DNA from: Perkinsela sp. CCAP 1560/9
Lineage: Eukaryota; Protista; Euglenozoa: Kinetoplastea
Direction of reading: 5' to 3'
Assembly: GCA_965644495.1 (NCBI GenBank)
Contig: CBFFSA010000071.1
Location: 1 to 27,333 of the forward strand
DNA: 27,333 bases
Shown here piece after piece: positions 1 through 11,468 of this stretch. The translations under genes were made by a program, and so were the position numbers. Below the pieces are notes generated by a model. The model was not told the origin of the DNA. It ran no database searches and saw only the letters and a program-made list of their open reading frames with translations. Every line of letters starts with the position of its first letter. Within the stretch, counting starts at the first letter, position 1.

Positions 1-2
1 AG

Positions 3-1238
3 GGAGTTGAAAATAATAACCGGGGCTATACTCATATCCTCGCAATTGTTGATGCCTTCACGGGATACTTGACACTGTTTCCGTTGAAACAAGTCAATAC
101 TAGAGTGATCGCTGACTGTTTGTTGAAATATGTAACTCTACATTCAATGCCACTTGAAATAGTTACAGATGGTGGACCAGAGTTCCGAAAACAACTCTTG
201 AAAGATTTGATGGAGAATTGGGGAATCCATCATTCTAAGATCTCCGCTTACAACCATAAAGGAAATGGTAAAGTCGAGACTATCCATGGTGCTGTGAAAA
301 ACATCATGAGAGCTTTTATGAGAAAATTTGAAAATGACTGGGATTTGCTACTTCCAATGGTGGAATTCGCATATAATACCCAAGTTCATTCAACAACGGG
401 ATACAAACCTTTTACATTGCAATTTGGACGTGCTCCAACGTACCCAATTGACATAACATTACAAACATCCAATCCTGAACTTGTAACTCCGGATGAGTAT
501 GCAAAAATGGTTCACGAGAGAATGGCAGAAATATTTCAGATTGTCAACGAAAAAAGACAAGAATCTGAGGAAAAACGAGTGATTGACTACAATGCTATGC
601 ATTCTACTCAAGTGTTCGAAAAAGGACAATATGTATTACTCCTAGAACACCAAAGAAAAGAACAATTCAATCAGAAATTTGCCCAAAGGACTCAGGAAGA
701 TGTCTTTTTGGTTGAGGAAGTAATCTCTGAACAGACTTACAAAATTAAGAATACCAAAACCGGGTTGATTCTGAAAAACTCTGTTCACGGAAGTCAATTA
801 CGACCATATTATCAAAGAAAAAACCTCCTCGGAGAGGAAGAATTGAAAGAACAAACAACTCAACTTGATCCTGGGAGAGGACATCGAAGTATTCAATATC
901 AAATTACAGAGGAGCGAGAACGCGATAGGAAGTTGGAATATCGAGTCCAGATTCGACCTGCGTATGGAAAGAAAAAATATGAGTGGTGGAGTCATGAAAA
1001 GGTTAAAAAGATTGGTTTGCTTGCTGATTACCTCGAGATGAAAAAGCGCCAAAATTACGGAAATTTCGAATCTTCAACTGCTGTTGAACTGAACTCACCC
1101 AAAACTGCCACAACTTCAGAACCAAGTGAATCAGTCGAGGAACCATGGCTTGATGAAAGTATACGAAGATCAAACAGGAAGAGACGACCCCCCTTGAATC
1201 ATCCAGCGAGAGATCCTGACCAACTCGAGATATTTTGA
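3..1238 (+). CDS. Pol C-terminus: retroviral-type integrase core, GPY/F-like region and degenerate chromodomain (5'-truncated by the window)
   Basis: Frame is open from nt 3 (GYTHILAIVDAFTGY). Motifs IVTDGGPEF (second catalytic D), GNGKVE (catalytic E), WDLLLPMVEFAYNT, HSTTGYKPF and FGR are typical of Ty3/Gypsy integrase. EYRVQ..AYG....W.......LLADY resembles a chromodomain. Confidence 0.93.
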   Translation, partial: GVENNNRGYTHILAIVDAFTGYLTLFPLKQVNTRVIADCLLKYVTLHSMPLEIVTDGGPEFRKQLLKDLMENWGIHHSKISAYNHKGNGKVETIHGAVKNIMRAFMRKFENDWDLLLPMVEFAYNTQVHSTTGYKPFTLQFGRAPTYPIDITLQTSNPELVTPDEYAKMVHERMAEIFQIVNEKRQESEEKRVIDYNAMHSTQVFEKGQYVLLLEHQRKEQFNQKFAQRTQEDVFLVEEVISEQTYKIKNTKTGLILKNSVHGSQLRPYYQRKNLLGEEELKEQTTQLDPGRGHRSIQYQITEERERDRKLEYRVQIRPAYGKKKYEWWSHEKVKKIGLLADYLEMKKRQNYGNFESSTAVELNSPKTATTSEPSESVEEPWLDESIRRSNRKRRPPLNHPARDPDQLEIF

Positions 1239-1310
1239 ATCGATCGACATTCTAAAGATTTTAATTGAGACATACCTTTGAGATTGGAACCTGGAGGTTC
1301 ATTCTTTTTT

Positions 1311-1323
1311 AAGGCCGGCAAGA
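1311..1323 (+). promoter_or_regulatory. Putative polypurine tract (plus-strand primer) of the retrotransposon
   Basis: aaggccggcaaga follows a T6 run and directly precedes TGTGA. It is imperfectly purine-rich but in the expected position. A small hairpin (gaacc-tgga-ggttc) lies just upstream. Confidence 0.55.
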
Positions 1324-2230
1324 TGTGAATGAGGCTCACAAAACCACCTCTGAAAACGAAGTCAAATCAAGCCTTTAATTTAGCGCCGTACTTTTAGCAC
1401 CGCGTTTGGTCTTTTCTCTTTCTTTTTCTGTTTTCCCCTTCGTCATGATTGCGTTTCACCCCATCCTGGACACGAATGATCACGTAGCGACACTTTGGAC
1501 ACGAATCCTCTAAGAACCACCTTAGTGCTTCTTCTTTTGCTGATTTTCCCATTGCCAATTCCTGTTTCCTGATTTCCTGCTTCTCCGCTCCTGCACAATA
1601 AAACCCCCTTAAATCATAATTATCGACACCTCAGAAGTCCACTCAGAAACCTTTTTCAGACGATAAAGCCCGCTCAACCCAACCTCTGAACCCATCTCGT
1701 TGTCCAGCTTTTTTCTAAAGAAAGAGAACGTGACTGAAAACGAACGTTCGCTATGGCTGCTATGATCTTTCCATGAAATTTCGGAAGCAAATCAAACGAA
1801 TTTTAATAAAGCCTATCAGCATCCCAAGATATCCTATCAACAGCTCTGAATCGCATTGAGTGATATTTTAGCCATGATGGAAGAGGTGGCTAAAAAAGCT
1901 TCAACCCTTTCTGTTTTTTTTTGCGTTTTGTCTTGTTCCCCAAGAGAAAAAATCCAAAACAAACACGATCGTTTCAAAAATGACAAAAAGGAAAGGTTGA
2001 GTTTAATTTTCCAATGATTTATCTTGACATTCCCCCAGTGAACGACCTCCTGACTCCACACCAGACACACAGTCACTCCGACACACAGAGAACAATGGAC
2101 TCAAGAATGGTCTTCAAGCGCTTTTTTTATTCTGAAACTCCCAAGTGAGTTTCTTTCTCTTTCTCTTCTTCAGCTAATATCTGAACTCTACAAGTTCATA
2201 ATTCTTCTCCTTCTTGAGCTTCATCTTTCA
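1324..2230 (+). repeat. Putative 3' LTR
   Basis: Begins tgtgaatgaggctca and ends tgagcttcatctttca; the reverse complement of the start is tgagcctcattcaca. TG...CA termini, AATAAA motifs near 1597 and 1805, and an internal direct repeat tggacacgaat x2. The 5' LTR is not in the window, so the right boundary is inferred. Confidence 0.6.
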
Positions 2231-2246
2231 CTGAATTCCCCTGGGG

Positions 2247-3026
2247 CTAAACTAGCACCCTGTGCACACCCCCACTCTTAAGTTCCAACCTTATTCGAGA
2301 ATCTTCCACTTGATGACAATAAACAATCAAATCCTTCACTCCTTCGTCATCTCTCACCTTCACCTCCTTTCCTCCAGAGACTTCATAAACAACGTGATAA
2401 TCAAAACCTACTTTCTCGTCGAGAGTGGAAAGTGTCTCAAAGGCTGACAAATGAACAAAAAACGAGTTTTTGTTGTCCTTCATCTCGACCTCAATCGCTC
2501 CCAAATCATACTTCAAATCCGAAATTTTGTGAGCAAGAGTTAAATATTGATGTGCTGTTGTAGAAAAAGAGAAAATATCTTCCTCAGTCAATTCCAATAA
2601 AGAATCACCATCTACCAAATGCCGAATAAACCAGTCTCGTACCCAGTGGAGATTGTTTTCTTCAACCCACCCAAGAACATGGCATAATTCCCAATCTCTC
2701 GGATCGGCTGGGCGTTTCCGCTTTTCGAACGATTTTCGTCTTAACTCTTTTGGTTTTATCATCTTTCTTTTTTTCTTTTCGCTCTTGTCGCATCTTGGAA
2801 GTGGAGTCTTTTCTATCGCAGCCTCAATCAAAGTTAGAAAAGGAGGATAATCATTTTCGTCCACTGCTAACAAAAAGAGATCGTACTCGTCCATTTCAGA
2901 GAGGATCTGCCCGTCAATCCGATTGAACGAAAACTCTATTTCGTATTCGCCAAGACTTTCATTTTGAAGCCAAAGAAGAACTTCTTCCTTTGACCATTCG
3001 TTCACCCTCTTTTCAGATGTTGCCAT
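2247..3026 (-). CDS. Tandem SAM-domain protein with a probable C-terminal PB1-like domain (259 aa, single exon)
   Basis: Two SAM repeats: WSKEEVLLWL..LGEY...F..NRIDGQIL..M...DL and WELCHVLGWV...L......F..HLVDGDSLLELTEEDI. The C-terminal YHVVYEVSGGKEVKVRDDEGV...IRLEL fits a PB1 pattern. First ATG is at 3026. Confidence 0.85.
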   Translation of the reverse strand: MATSEKRVNEWSKEEVLLWLQNESLGEYEIEFSFNRIDGQILSEMDEYDLFLLAVDENDYPPFLTLIEAAIEKTPLPRCDKSEKKKRKMIKPKELRRKSFEKRKRPADPRDWELCHVLGWVEENNLHWVRDWFIRHLVDGDSLLELTEEDIFSFSTTAHQYLTLAHKISDLKYDLGAIEVEMKDNKNSFFVHLSAFETLSTLDEKVGFDYHVVYEVSGGKEVKVRDDEGVKDLIVYCHQVEDSRIRLELKSGGVHRVLV

Positions 3027-3263
3027 TGATGTTTTAATTTTGTAAGGAGACCTCTGCGCGGTGGCTGAAAAACTGTTCACGTGACGGCCAAGGTGACTTT
3101 CTTCTTTGAAGAAAAAGTTTTTTGAATAAAAAACCTCTTCGTTTTTCGATCAAAAACACCGATCCCAAAAAAAGAAAAAAAAAATACGATAGAGGTTAAA
3201 AATTCCTCATATTTATTTTTGAGACTCCCAAAAATTCCCTTTTTTATTTTTTTCCGAAATTTC

Positions 3264-6200
3264 TTATCTTCGATAAGGACCACCACCAAAATGTTGTTGT
3301 TGTTGTTGTTGGTATTGTGGGCGTGGGAGAAGTTGATGTTGTGAGGCTGCAGGGCCCATTGGTGTTGGTTGTTGCCACGGAGTCCCAGGAACATTTGGTA
3401 AGATCCCACCACCACCTGAAGGGAAAGCTGGTGGAGGTTGTGTCATTTGTTGTTGGAATTGGGCTTTAGCTTGTGCGACAGATCCGACCACTCTTTGTGG
3501 TTGCTGTGGAGAAAAAAAAAGAAGAATTTCATCAGAAAGGTATGATTGACGATTAATTTTTTTTTGGTGGGGGAAGGAGAGCCAGGAGGGGTTTTCCGAT
3601 TAGACAAAAAATCAAAAAGTCAAAACCTGAAAATTAGTTGCTGGTTGTTGAAATTGCGTTTGTTGTTGATGTTGAATTTGTTGTTGTTGCTGCTGTTGCT
3701 GAATTTGTTGTTGTTGATACAAAACTTGTTGCTGTTGTTGAAGTAATTGCTGTTTTAATTGCTGAGCTTTCATCTGTTCTTGACGAAGTTGTTGTTCTTT
3801 GCTCATCAATTGTTGTTCCTGCAATCGCCTCTGTCTTTCTTGTTCTTTCTGCCGAACATCAACCCCTCCTCCCATTCCTCCTCCTCTTCCACCAAAAGAA
3901 CCAGCTCGCCGATTCCGATCTCGATCTCGACCACCACCACCACCACCACCGCCAAGACGAGGAACCCATCTTCTTTGATCACGATTGTCTCGATTACGGT
4001 CTCGATCTCTGTAACGATCTCGATCCCGATCCCGATCTCTGTCTCCTCGATCACCACGAAAATCTCGATCGCGAAAATCTCGATCATTCCTTCGATGGTC
4101 GTTTCTTCGATCATTCCTTCGATCATCATCATCCCTTCGACGCTCAATGGAAGCAAAGTTGGACAGAGAATAGTAAGTCTGAGATGATGTAAAAGTAGAG
4201 GAATCTAAAGAAAGAAAATACAAAAAAGTTGTTTTTTTTAGTTCAATCATCGTAAATTTCCTATGTGCAACAAAAAAAAAAAGGCAAAACAAAATAAACC
4301 TGGAATTATAGCGATCACTCGGTCAGTGACCTCTAAGGCATTGGTCAGTTTCTGGACTTGTTCTGTGGCAGCAGCGACAGCAATTTTATGCTTCCCAATA
4401 AACTCTAAAAAAGAAAATCAGAAAAATCCTCTCGTCACACCAACCACCCACACCAGCTCCAAAAAAAAAAAAAATTCACACAAAAATAAAACAATTGACA
4501 GATTAAAAAAAAATGAAATAAAAAAAGGGAGGAGGGTTGATCGAAATGTGGGACCGAGAGGGATGTTTTTCACAATGAAAATCACGAAAGAAAGAAATGA
4601 GAAATCAGCAAAAATTCAAATATCTTGACAAAAAGGCCCCCTCATCCCAACAGAAAAAAAATATTTTTTTTAAAAAAAAAACAAAAAAAGCCTGACCTTC
4701 AATCTCAGAAAATTGCATAATATTTGCAGAAGTGACCATTTTCTCTTTCAAATCCTTTTCAAAACGAGCACATTTGTCTTTTAACTGATCTTTCACAACT
4801 ACCAATAACTCTTTCAGAGGCTTCAATTTCAAAGAAGAATACTTCTTCGTTGGAAGCGTCATTCTTTCCTCATAAGCTTCACACAAACCTCTTTCCATAT
4901 CAAAAAACTCTCTCATCTTACGAATATAATCAAACTGACTTTCAGCGTTCTTCAACGCAAGATGATAATTCTTAATTCTACGCTCCACTAAACTCATATT
5001 TTTCTTATACAAAGACTCAAATTCTTTCAAATCATCTAAACTCTCAAACTCAGGATAAAGATCATATAAAAAATCTTCTTGGGGAATCAGAAGTTTTGCA
5101 GCTTGTCGACAAAATGATCCATGAATCCACTTCCGATACTCAGAGGATTCAACTTCTTCCAAAGTTCGTCTCAAAAACTTACAAATAGCAGAAATCTTAC
5201 TTTCATATCTTCGGAGAACATGATAAAATCCTTCAATAGAATCACGCGCATTTGCACGAGCTCGTTGTAGTTCTTCTTCTTCAGTACTCTTCTTAGATTT
5301 TTCTTTCTCACCATCATCACTACTCTTACTACTTCCCCCTTCCCCCTCGCTACTCTCTTTCTTTTCTTCGATTTTTTTTTTCTCTTCTTCATTTTTGAAG
5401 GCAATTAAAGCCTCTTCTGCTTCGGTAAGCAGGGGGACCAAATGATCTAAAATATTGCAGAATGAACTCCAATCAGTTTCTGTTTTTTCTTCTTTCTCCT
5501 CTTTCCCATCTTTCTCATCTTTCTCTTTTTTCTTAATCATCTTCTCCTTTTCAAATCCCAAGCATTCGTCAATGAGGTTTGGGAGAGTAGTTTCAGCCAC
5601 AGAAGATGAATGTTTTTTCTCAGAACCAGAACAACACTTAGAAATTACATTCCCTAACACAGACACACTGATCGAAAAAAATAAAAAAAAAAAAAAAAAA
5701 AAAAAAAAAATAAAAAATAAAAAAATAAAAAAAATAAAAAAAAAAAACAATAAGCAATGAAACACATATTGACAAAAAAAAACCACACCACACTCCACCA
5801 TATTTAAAACAAAAAAGTCGTCAGGAGAACGTTGAAAACTTTTCCAACAAAAACACCACACACCCACCACACCCAAAATAAGAGATAAAATCGATAGATT
5901 TATAAAGAACAATTTTTCACAATAAATAAAAATAATACATAGATACTGAAAGACAGAAAAAGAAAAGAGAGAAAAAGGCGATTTAAAAAAAAAAAAAAAA
6001 ACCTCCAAAGCAAAGAAGGAGCAAATTGGCTCAGCAGAAATGAATTTGGATTCTGAAGGAGTTCTTTAAAAAGATCCGTCGATTTTTCTCCTTTCTCAAG
6101 AAGATCCATGACATCATCGACATTCCACTTGACCGCTAAATCAACCAATTTGTCTTCTTTCTATTTTTTGAAGAGACTTGAGAGGGAGAAGGAAAATCCA

Positions 6201-7147
6201 CCACAAAAAAAAAAGAAAAGAAACCTCTTCGAGTTGCGACGATAAAAGAAAGAGAAGGAACTTCTTATCTCCTTCAGAAACATCCCCTTCTTTCTCTCGT
6301 ATTTCCTTTAAAAACCGAAACCCGTTCTAAAACGAAAAGAAGTTTCAGAAAAAGAAGGAAAAGAGAAAGGAAACAAACAAGAATCAAAGAAGAGGAAAAA
6401 AAGATTGAACCCACTGAGAAGGAAGAGAAATATTCCAAAAAGGTCGAATCTAAACAAAAAAGATCAAAAATGAGTTTCACCAAAATTGATACCCTAACTT
6501 CTGACAAGAAAGTAAATCAAAAAAAACCTGCTCAAAGGTGATTTCGTCCAGATTCTCTGTCTTTCTTCGTTTATGATGTTCATCATCTTCTTCTTCTCGT
6601 TCTCTCGTCCTCTTCCGATCAGCCGCTTCAAGTTGCTCTCTCTCCTTTTCTTCCTTTTCTTCCTTTTCTTCCTTCAAACGATTCAGCGTATCTTTCAAAG
6701 AAGAAGAACTCGTCACAACCGGAGCGACCCTCAACTCAAGATCTTCATCCTCCGTATCATCACCCTCTTCAACCTCTTCCATTTCAACAACCTCATCTTC
6801 TCCTTCTCCTTCTCTTTCTCCTTCTTCTTCTTCTTTTGGGTGTTTAGACAAATGATTTTCTTCTTCGTTCTCCTCTTTCTTTCCGATTTTACGATTTTCC
6901 GACATCTCTCTCTTTCCAAATTCACACCGCTCCGTGTTTTTCACCAAACAAAAAATCGCTACTCCCTTTTGGAGATGATGAATTTTTTGTTTTATTTTTC
7001 TGCTTTGGGAAAGGATGACAAAAAAAACATAAATAGACTCGAACCGAAAAAGGTATCTGTGGTCTTTTTTTCTGACTTTTTCCAGATTTCTTCGTAATCT
7101 TCTTCTCGGAAATTCTGGTCCATTTCTGTTTTCTTTCTTTTTCCCAT
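3264..7147 (-). CDS. Large multi-exon protein of unknown function with acidic/coiled-coil regions, RD dipeptide repeats, RGG and polyQ tail (probably nuclear or RNA-associated)
   Basis: Phase-compatible GT-AG joins traced by eye; approximate exons 7147-7045, 6958-6528, 6448-6410, 6326-6225, 6160-6003, ~5839-5788, 5653-4697, 4404-4300, 4204-3627, 3503-3264. Ends FGGGPYRR*. The 5' exons are less certain than the 3' ones. Confidence 0.65.
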
Positions 7148-7246
7148 TGAATCAATGAACCAATGAACCTTCTTCCCGGAAATTAATCTTCAAAGAGTTC
7201 CTTTGTTCAAATTAAAAAGTGGTGGACATCTACTTTTTGTTTTGTG

Positions 7247-8031
7247 CTACCCTCGTTTGGCAGGTTTCACAAACCCTCCAGAAAAATTGTCCTTCTGGAA
7301 GAGACAATTCTCAGTTCACACCAAACAGAAAAAAGAAAAAAGAAATAAAATAGACAAACGATTGTTAACCACGAAGTCATACAACCAGCAATCACCACTC
7401 GAAACCCTTTGTCCCACTTCGGATCTTTCAGGTCGACAGTTTTCTCCAATTTGTTCTCTACAATAATGTCCAACTTTCTTTGGGAAGTTCTTGACACGAT
7501 CTAAAAACCAATTCGTAAATTCTTTTGAGAAAAAAAGAGGAACAAGTGAGAAAACTTCACAAAATACCTCGACATCTGTGCCGTGCATGTCAATTCGGCT
7601 TGGTGCTTGTTGTCCTCTGCTTGAGAAGTGAGGTGTAGCAACGGCAGCAGAGCTCTCTTTTTCGAGTGAAATATGTTCACCTCCTTGAACCCATTTACCC
7701 ACATGTTCCTCCAAGTCAAGAGGAACGGCTCCACAAATCCAATGTTCATTCCCGGTCATACAAAATTTCCAATTCACGCTGCCAGTTGTGTGTTTAGAGT
7801 TTTATCTCTGGGTATTCCAAAAAGAAAGAAGAGAAAGGAAAAAAAGTACTCTCGTCCTCCTTCAAACATCACAGAAGGGGCGAAGCAAAGAGGGACAGGT
7901 CCGTATCCAAATGTTGCTTTCAGATACTCCTCTCCCCCAGGAGCAACTTCTTCCCTGAGTGAGATCGATTCTGCAGTCAATTCCAGGTTAACTAAATGAC
8001 CTGTATTGGAAAGTTTGTCCCAACCATCCAT
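7247..8031 (-). CDS. Hypothetical 193-aa protein, 4 exons, ending VKPAKRG
   Basis: Exons 8031-7850, 7778-7568, 7500-7360 and 7294-7247 join in frame through GT-AG introns (582 nt total). Beta-rich sequence, possibly SPRY/NHR-like, but not confidently assigned. Confidence 0.7.
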
Positions 8032-8301
8032 TCTGTTTTCTTGATTTGCCAACACCACCAACAGAATTAAGAAGTGAAAAAAACAAAAAACGGAAGCCCA
8101 AACGTCCAAAATCACCGAAAAAAAAAAAAGGAAAGAAACAACTTTATTTTTTTTCTCTCTCTCTGTGAAGACTTTCCAAAACTCTTCACAATTTGTGAAC
8201 GAAAAAGTTTTCCCTCAACAATTGTGGGGGTAGCGCAAAAGGAAGTTCAAAAACAACAAAAACAGATCTCTCCTCAACAACAGTCACCACACACACACAC
8301 T

Positions 8302-10969
8302 TCACATGTAATACGGGTTCTGAGGAGGGGCAAGACGATCTCGACGAGGACCTCCACCACCACTACCACCACCACGTGAAGAGTTTGGATTCCATTCATG
8401 AGGTGATGTCGGGCTCCCTTTCATGTTCTTTTCTCCCTTGTTTGGATATCTCTTCTTGGGACCTTTTCCTCCTTCCATCCCACTACCTCTTCCTTCTCCT
8501 CCACCTCTTCTTCCTCCTCGGTTGCTGGAGGCACCTTTTCGATGGTCATAAGAGTCTTGGTTACGACCTGCAAAATAAAAAAGAATTTATTCAGGGTGAG
8601 TTAAAGAGTAGGTTTGTTTGTTGATTAAAAATCATGGTGTATTGGGAAAAAAAAAAGAAAAAGAAAAAATAAAAATAAAGATAAAAATAAAAAACCTTGT
8701 TGTGAGTGACCTCCTCCTCCACGACCTCCTCGTGAAGAACCACCACCACCACCACCATAATCATTTTTCGCTCCTCCACCATACCAACCATCCATCAATC
8801 CAGTTCCTCCACCTTCACCACCACCACCAGACACTCCACCTCCTCCCTCACCCCCACTATTATCCAACCTCCTTCCATGACTCCCGCCCCTCTGATGTTT
8901 CTTCTTCATTCCTTTAACATCAGATTCTGCTTTCTTTTTCACTTCAACCTCTTCCTCTCTTTCTGGAGACTCGACATAAGCTGGGTGACGTTCGTCAGAA
9001 TTCCCAATCCAACCAATTTCTTTCATAAAAGACGTTGCAGAAGCTCTACTTTCCTCCTCACATTTTAACAGTTGATCAACAAATTCACCCAAATCATCAG
9101 GAGCAACATCTTCCTCCTCAAGATCCCCTCCATCTGCTGGAGGGGCACAGCTACTTTTCTTCTCCCCTTTCTCTTCTCCTTCCTCTTCAGAAAGTGCAAA
9201 CTGAAGTTGCCCCTCATCTCGCATCTTCTTCTTGACCTTATTCCTTCTCCTATTAAAGTTCGAAAGCTTGTAGATTTCGTTCATTGAACGGGGGATTCTC
9301 TTCTGAAGAACAAGATCTTCTGATGTTGGACTTAAATTTAGAGCAGCAAGGTTACAGTACTCTTCATCAGCTTCTTTTTGAATCACATCTTTCAATGTGA
9401 CATTGGGACCTCGAAACAGAGACGCTCCGAATTCCGGAATTTTCGCAATTTTTTCAACATCCTCCTTTTTTTGTGTGTTGGTTTAAAAGAAAAGAAAAAG
9501 AAAAAAGAAGAGAAAAGAAAAAAAGAAAAGAAAAGAAATTACTTCATCACTCGAATTTTGAGGTGAATTCGGAGGTGACTCTGTCAATTTTTGACGAAGA
9601 ACAAAAGGAGACACTGTAGAAGGAGTCATAGAGAGAGGAGTTGTCCCACTATTCGCTTCTGGGGTAATCCAACCAGCTGTTGAATACAACTGATCTGTTG
9701 AAAGAACAGGGCTTAGGATATTTAAAATTTGTGATTCTACAGTTCTCTGTCCTTCCTTCGCTTCTGTAGATGGGAAAGATGGCTCAGAATGAGTCAGGGG
9801 AGCATCACCTTCTCTTCCTCCTCGAACTGGAATTGATGGGAGAATCACCATATTCTGTGGATCCGTAAAAAAAATGGGAATAAGAAAAAGATCTTCATTC
9901 TCAAAGAAGAAAAAGAAGGAAAGGTAAACATGTTCTTTCTTATAAATTGCATGAGCAACCCAATCAGAACGATCTAACACTGCTGAAAAAAGGGTATTTC
10001 TCCCTTTTGCTTTTGAAATAAGATCAGCAGACATGGCCTCAAAGATTGGCAGAAAATATCGCCCTTCCTGACGGGAATTGATCAGTCTATTACATTACAA
10101 AGGAGTAGAAACGGGGGGAAAAAAACAAAAGAAACCTTTCTTGCATCATCAACTAAGACTTTCGTTGCAGGACCTCGACGAGCTAAAGTTGAGGAAGAGG
10201 TTACATTTAAATAATATTTAAACAAGTAACCAAGCGAGTTCAGTGGGAATTCCAGCACCTGAGAAGCCTCAGCTAAAAAACAAAAATAAAATGTGAATCA
10301 AACAGCATAACCCCCTTCTCTCTTTTTCATAAATTTGAAAAGGGTTTGAAAAAATGTGAACCTAGATCAAAGATTTGGTTTGCATATAGCCCGTAAGATA
10401 AAAGAGATTCGATTTCCAAGTCACATCGATGAAGAACTTTGATGATTTCTCGATTGGCGAAAGAAGAATTCAACACACTCGCAAATGGTTTCAAATCGGC
10501 TGAGAGAACGTAGTCCCCTGAACGTGTTGTCAAATAAAGAAAGTCTGGTTGGGTGATGATCCCAAATTCTTTTTCTTTACACAACGCTCTTTCAAGACCA
10601 TAAAGATCTTCCACTTCTTGGACCCTAAAATAAAAATGAGTTGGAAAGAGAAAAAAATAAAACAAACGATTGAAAAAAAAAAAGAAAAAGAAAAAGAAAA
10701 AAAAATTCTCGAAACCAGCAAAAACCACCCCCACCAATCCCCGAAGAAGAAGAAACCGACTGAGGATTCAAACTCCGAGTAACAACCTCTCCTCTTGTAG
10801 GATCACCTCTTGCCGAAGAAGAAGAAGAAGAAGAAGAAAGCCTTCCTCTTCCACTCCTACTCCCTCTCGAAAGATCCGATGGATTTCCTCTTCCTCCATT
10901 CCGTGTACCACTCCCACCACTCCCAACCCCTCTTCCTTTATTACTACTGTGGGTTGACCAATCTCCCAT
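8302..10969 (-). CDS. Rrp6/EXOSC10-like (RNase D family) protein with a degenerate DEDDy active site and Gly/Arg-rich termini, 7 exons
   Basis: Exons 10969-10761, 10624-10362, 10272-10136, 10067-9930, 9854-9543, 9464-8696, 8567-8302. Spliced product contains IIKVLHRCDLEIESLLSYGLYANQIFDLAEASQVLEFPLNSLGYLFKYYLNV and ARKEGRYFLPIFEAM...AVLDRS, collinear with the Rrp6 exonuclease domain. Confidence 0.75.
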
Positions 10970-11468
10970 TGTTTTCTTCTCCAGTGATTAGAAATTCAAT
11001 GGAGAGGAAAGAGAGATCCGATTAAATTGAGAAAGAGAGAGAAAGAGAGAAGAAAGAGAAAAGACCGTCTGACAAAAGAAGAAAAACGAAAAGGAGAAAA
11101 AGGTGAAAAAAAATTAAAATGACGACAAAAAAAAATTTGAAGCGAAAAAACCACAAAAAAGTGAAAATGAAAATGACGTGGCAATATTTCTTTTTTTGGA
11201 TTTTTGAGATTGGTTTTTGGTTTTTTTTGGGTGTGGAAAACGCGAGGGGGATTTTTCGTTCGTTCGTTGTCGGTGTCAAAGGAGAGAGAGGAAAGAAAAG
11301 CAAAAAAAAAAAGAGAAGAGAATAAAAAGAATTTTATTTATTTTCATCCTTGTGAAATTTGTTCATCAAAGTTATTGTTCCTCTAAAAATGATGTTCTGT
11401 TTTGTAATGTGTGTTGCAAGAAAAGATATTTCTCCCTCTCACCCCCTCCAAGAGAATTGAATGGCGAA

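Larger units (their letters stand above)
1..2230 (+). mobile_element. 3' portion of a Ty3/Gypsy-type LTR retrotransposon (integrase, PPT, 3' LTR); 5' part lies outside the window
   Basis: Integrase ORF, then a T-run/purine-rich tract ending at TG (1324), then a non-coding ~907-bp segment ending in CA (2230) with imperfect terminal inverted repeats. Confidence 0.85.

Noticed and set aside
3546-4192. Several overlapping plus-strand and alternative-frame ORFs
   Set aside because: Shadows of the RD/polyQ repeat exon on the minus strand.
5654-6008. Apparent hydrophobic transmembrane N-terminus of the 467-aa ORF
   Set aside because: Mostly translated T-rich intron sequence; only a short internal exon is likely coding.
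11174-11183. TGACGTGGCA bZIP-type motif upstream of the Rrp6-like gene, and CACGTGAC at 3078-3085 upstream of the SAM gene
   Set aside because: Plausible promoter elements, but single short motifs cannot be supported without genome-wide enrichment data.
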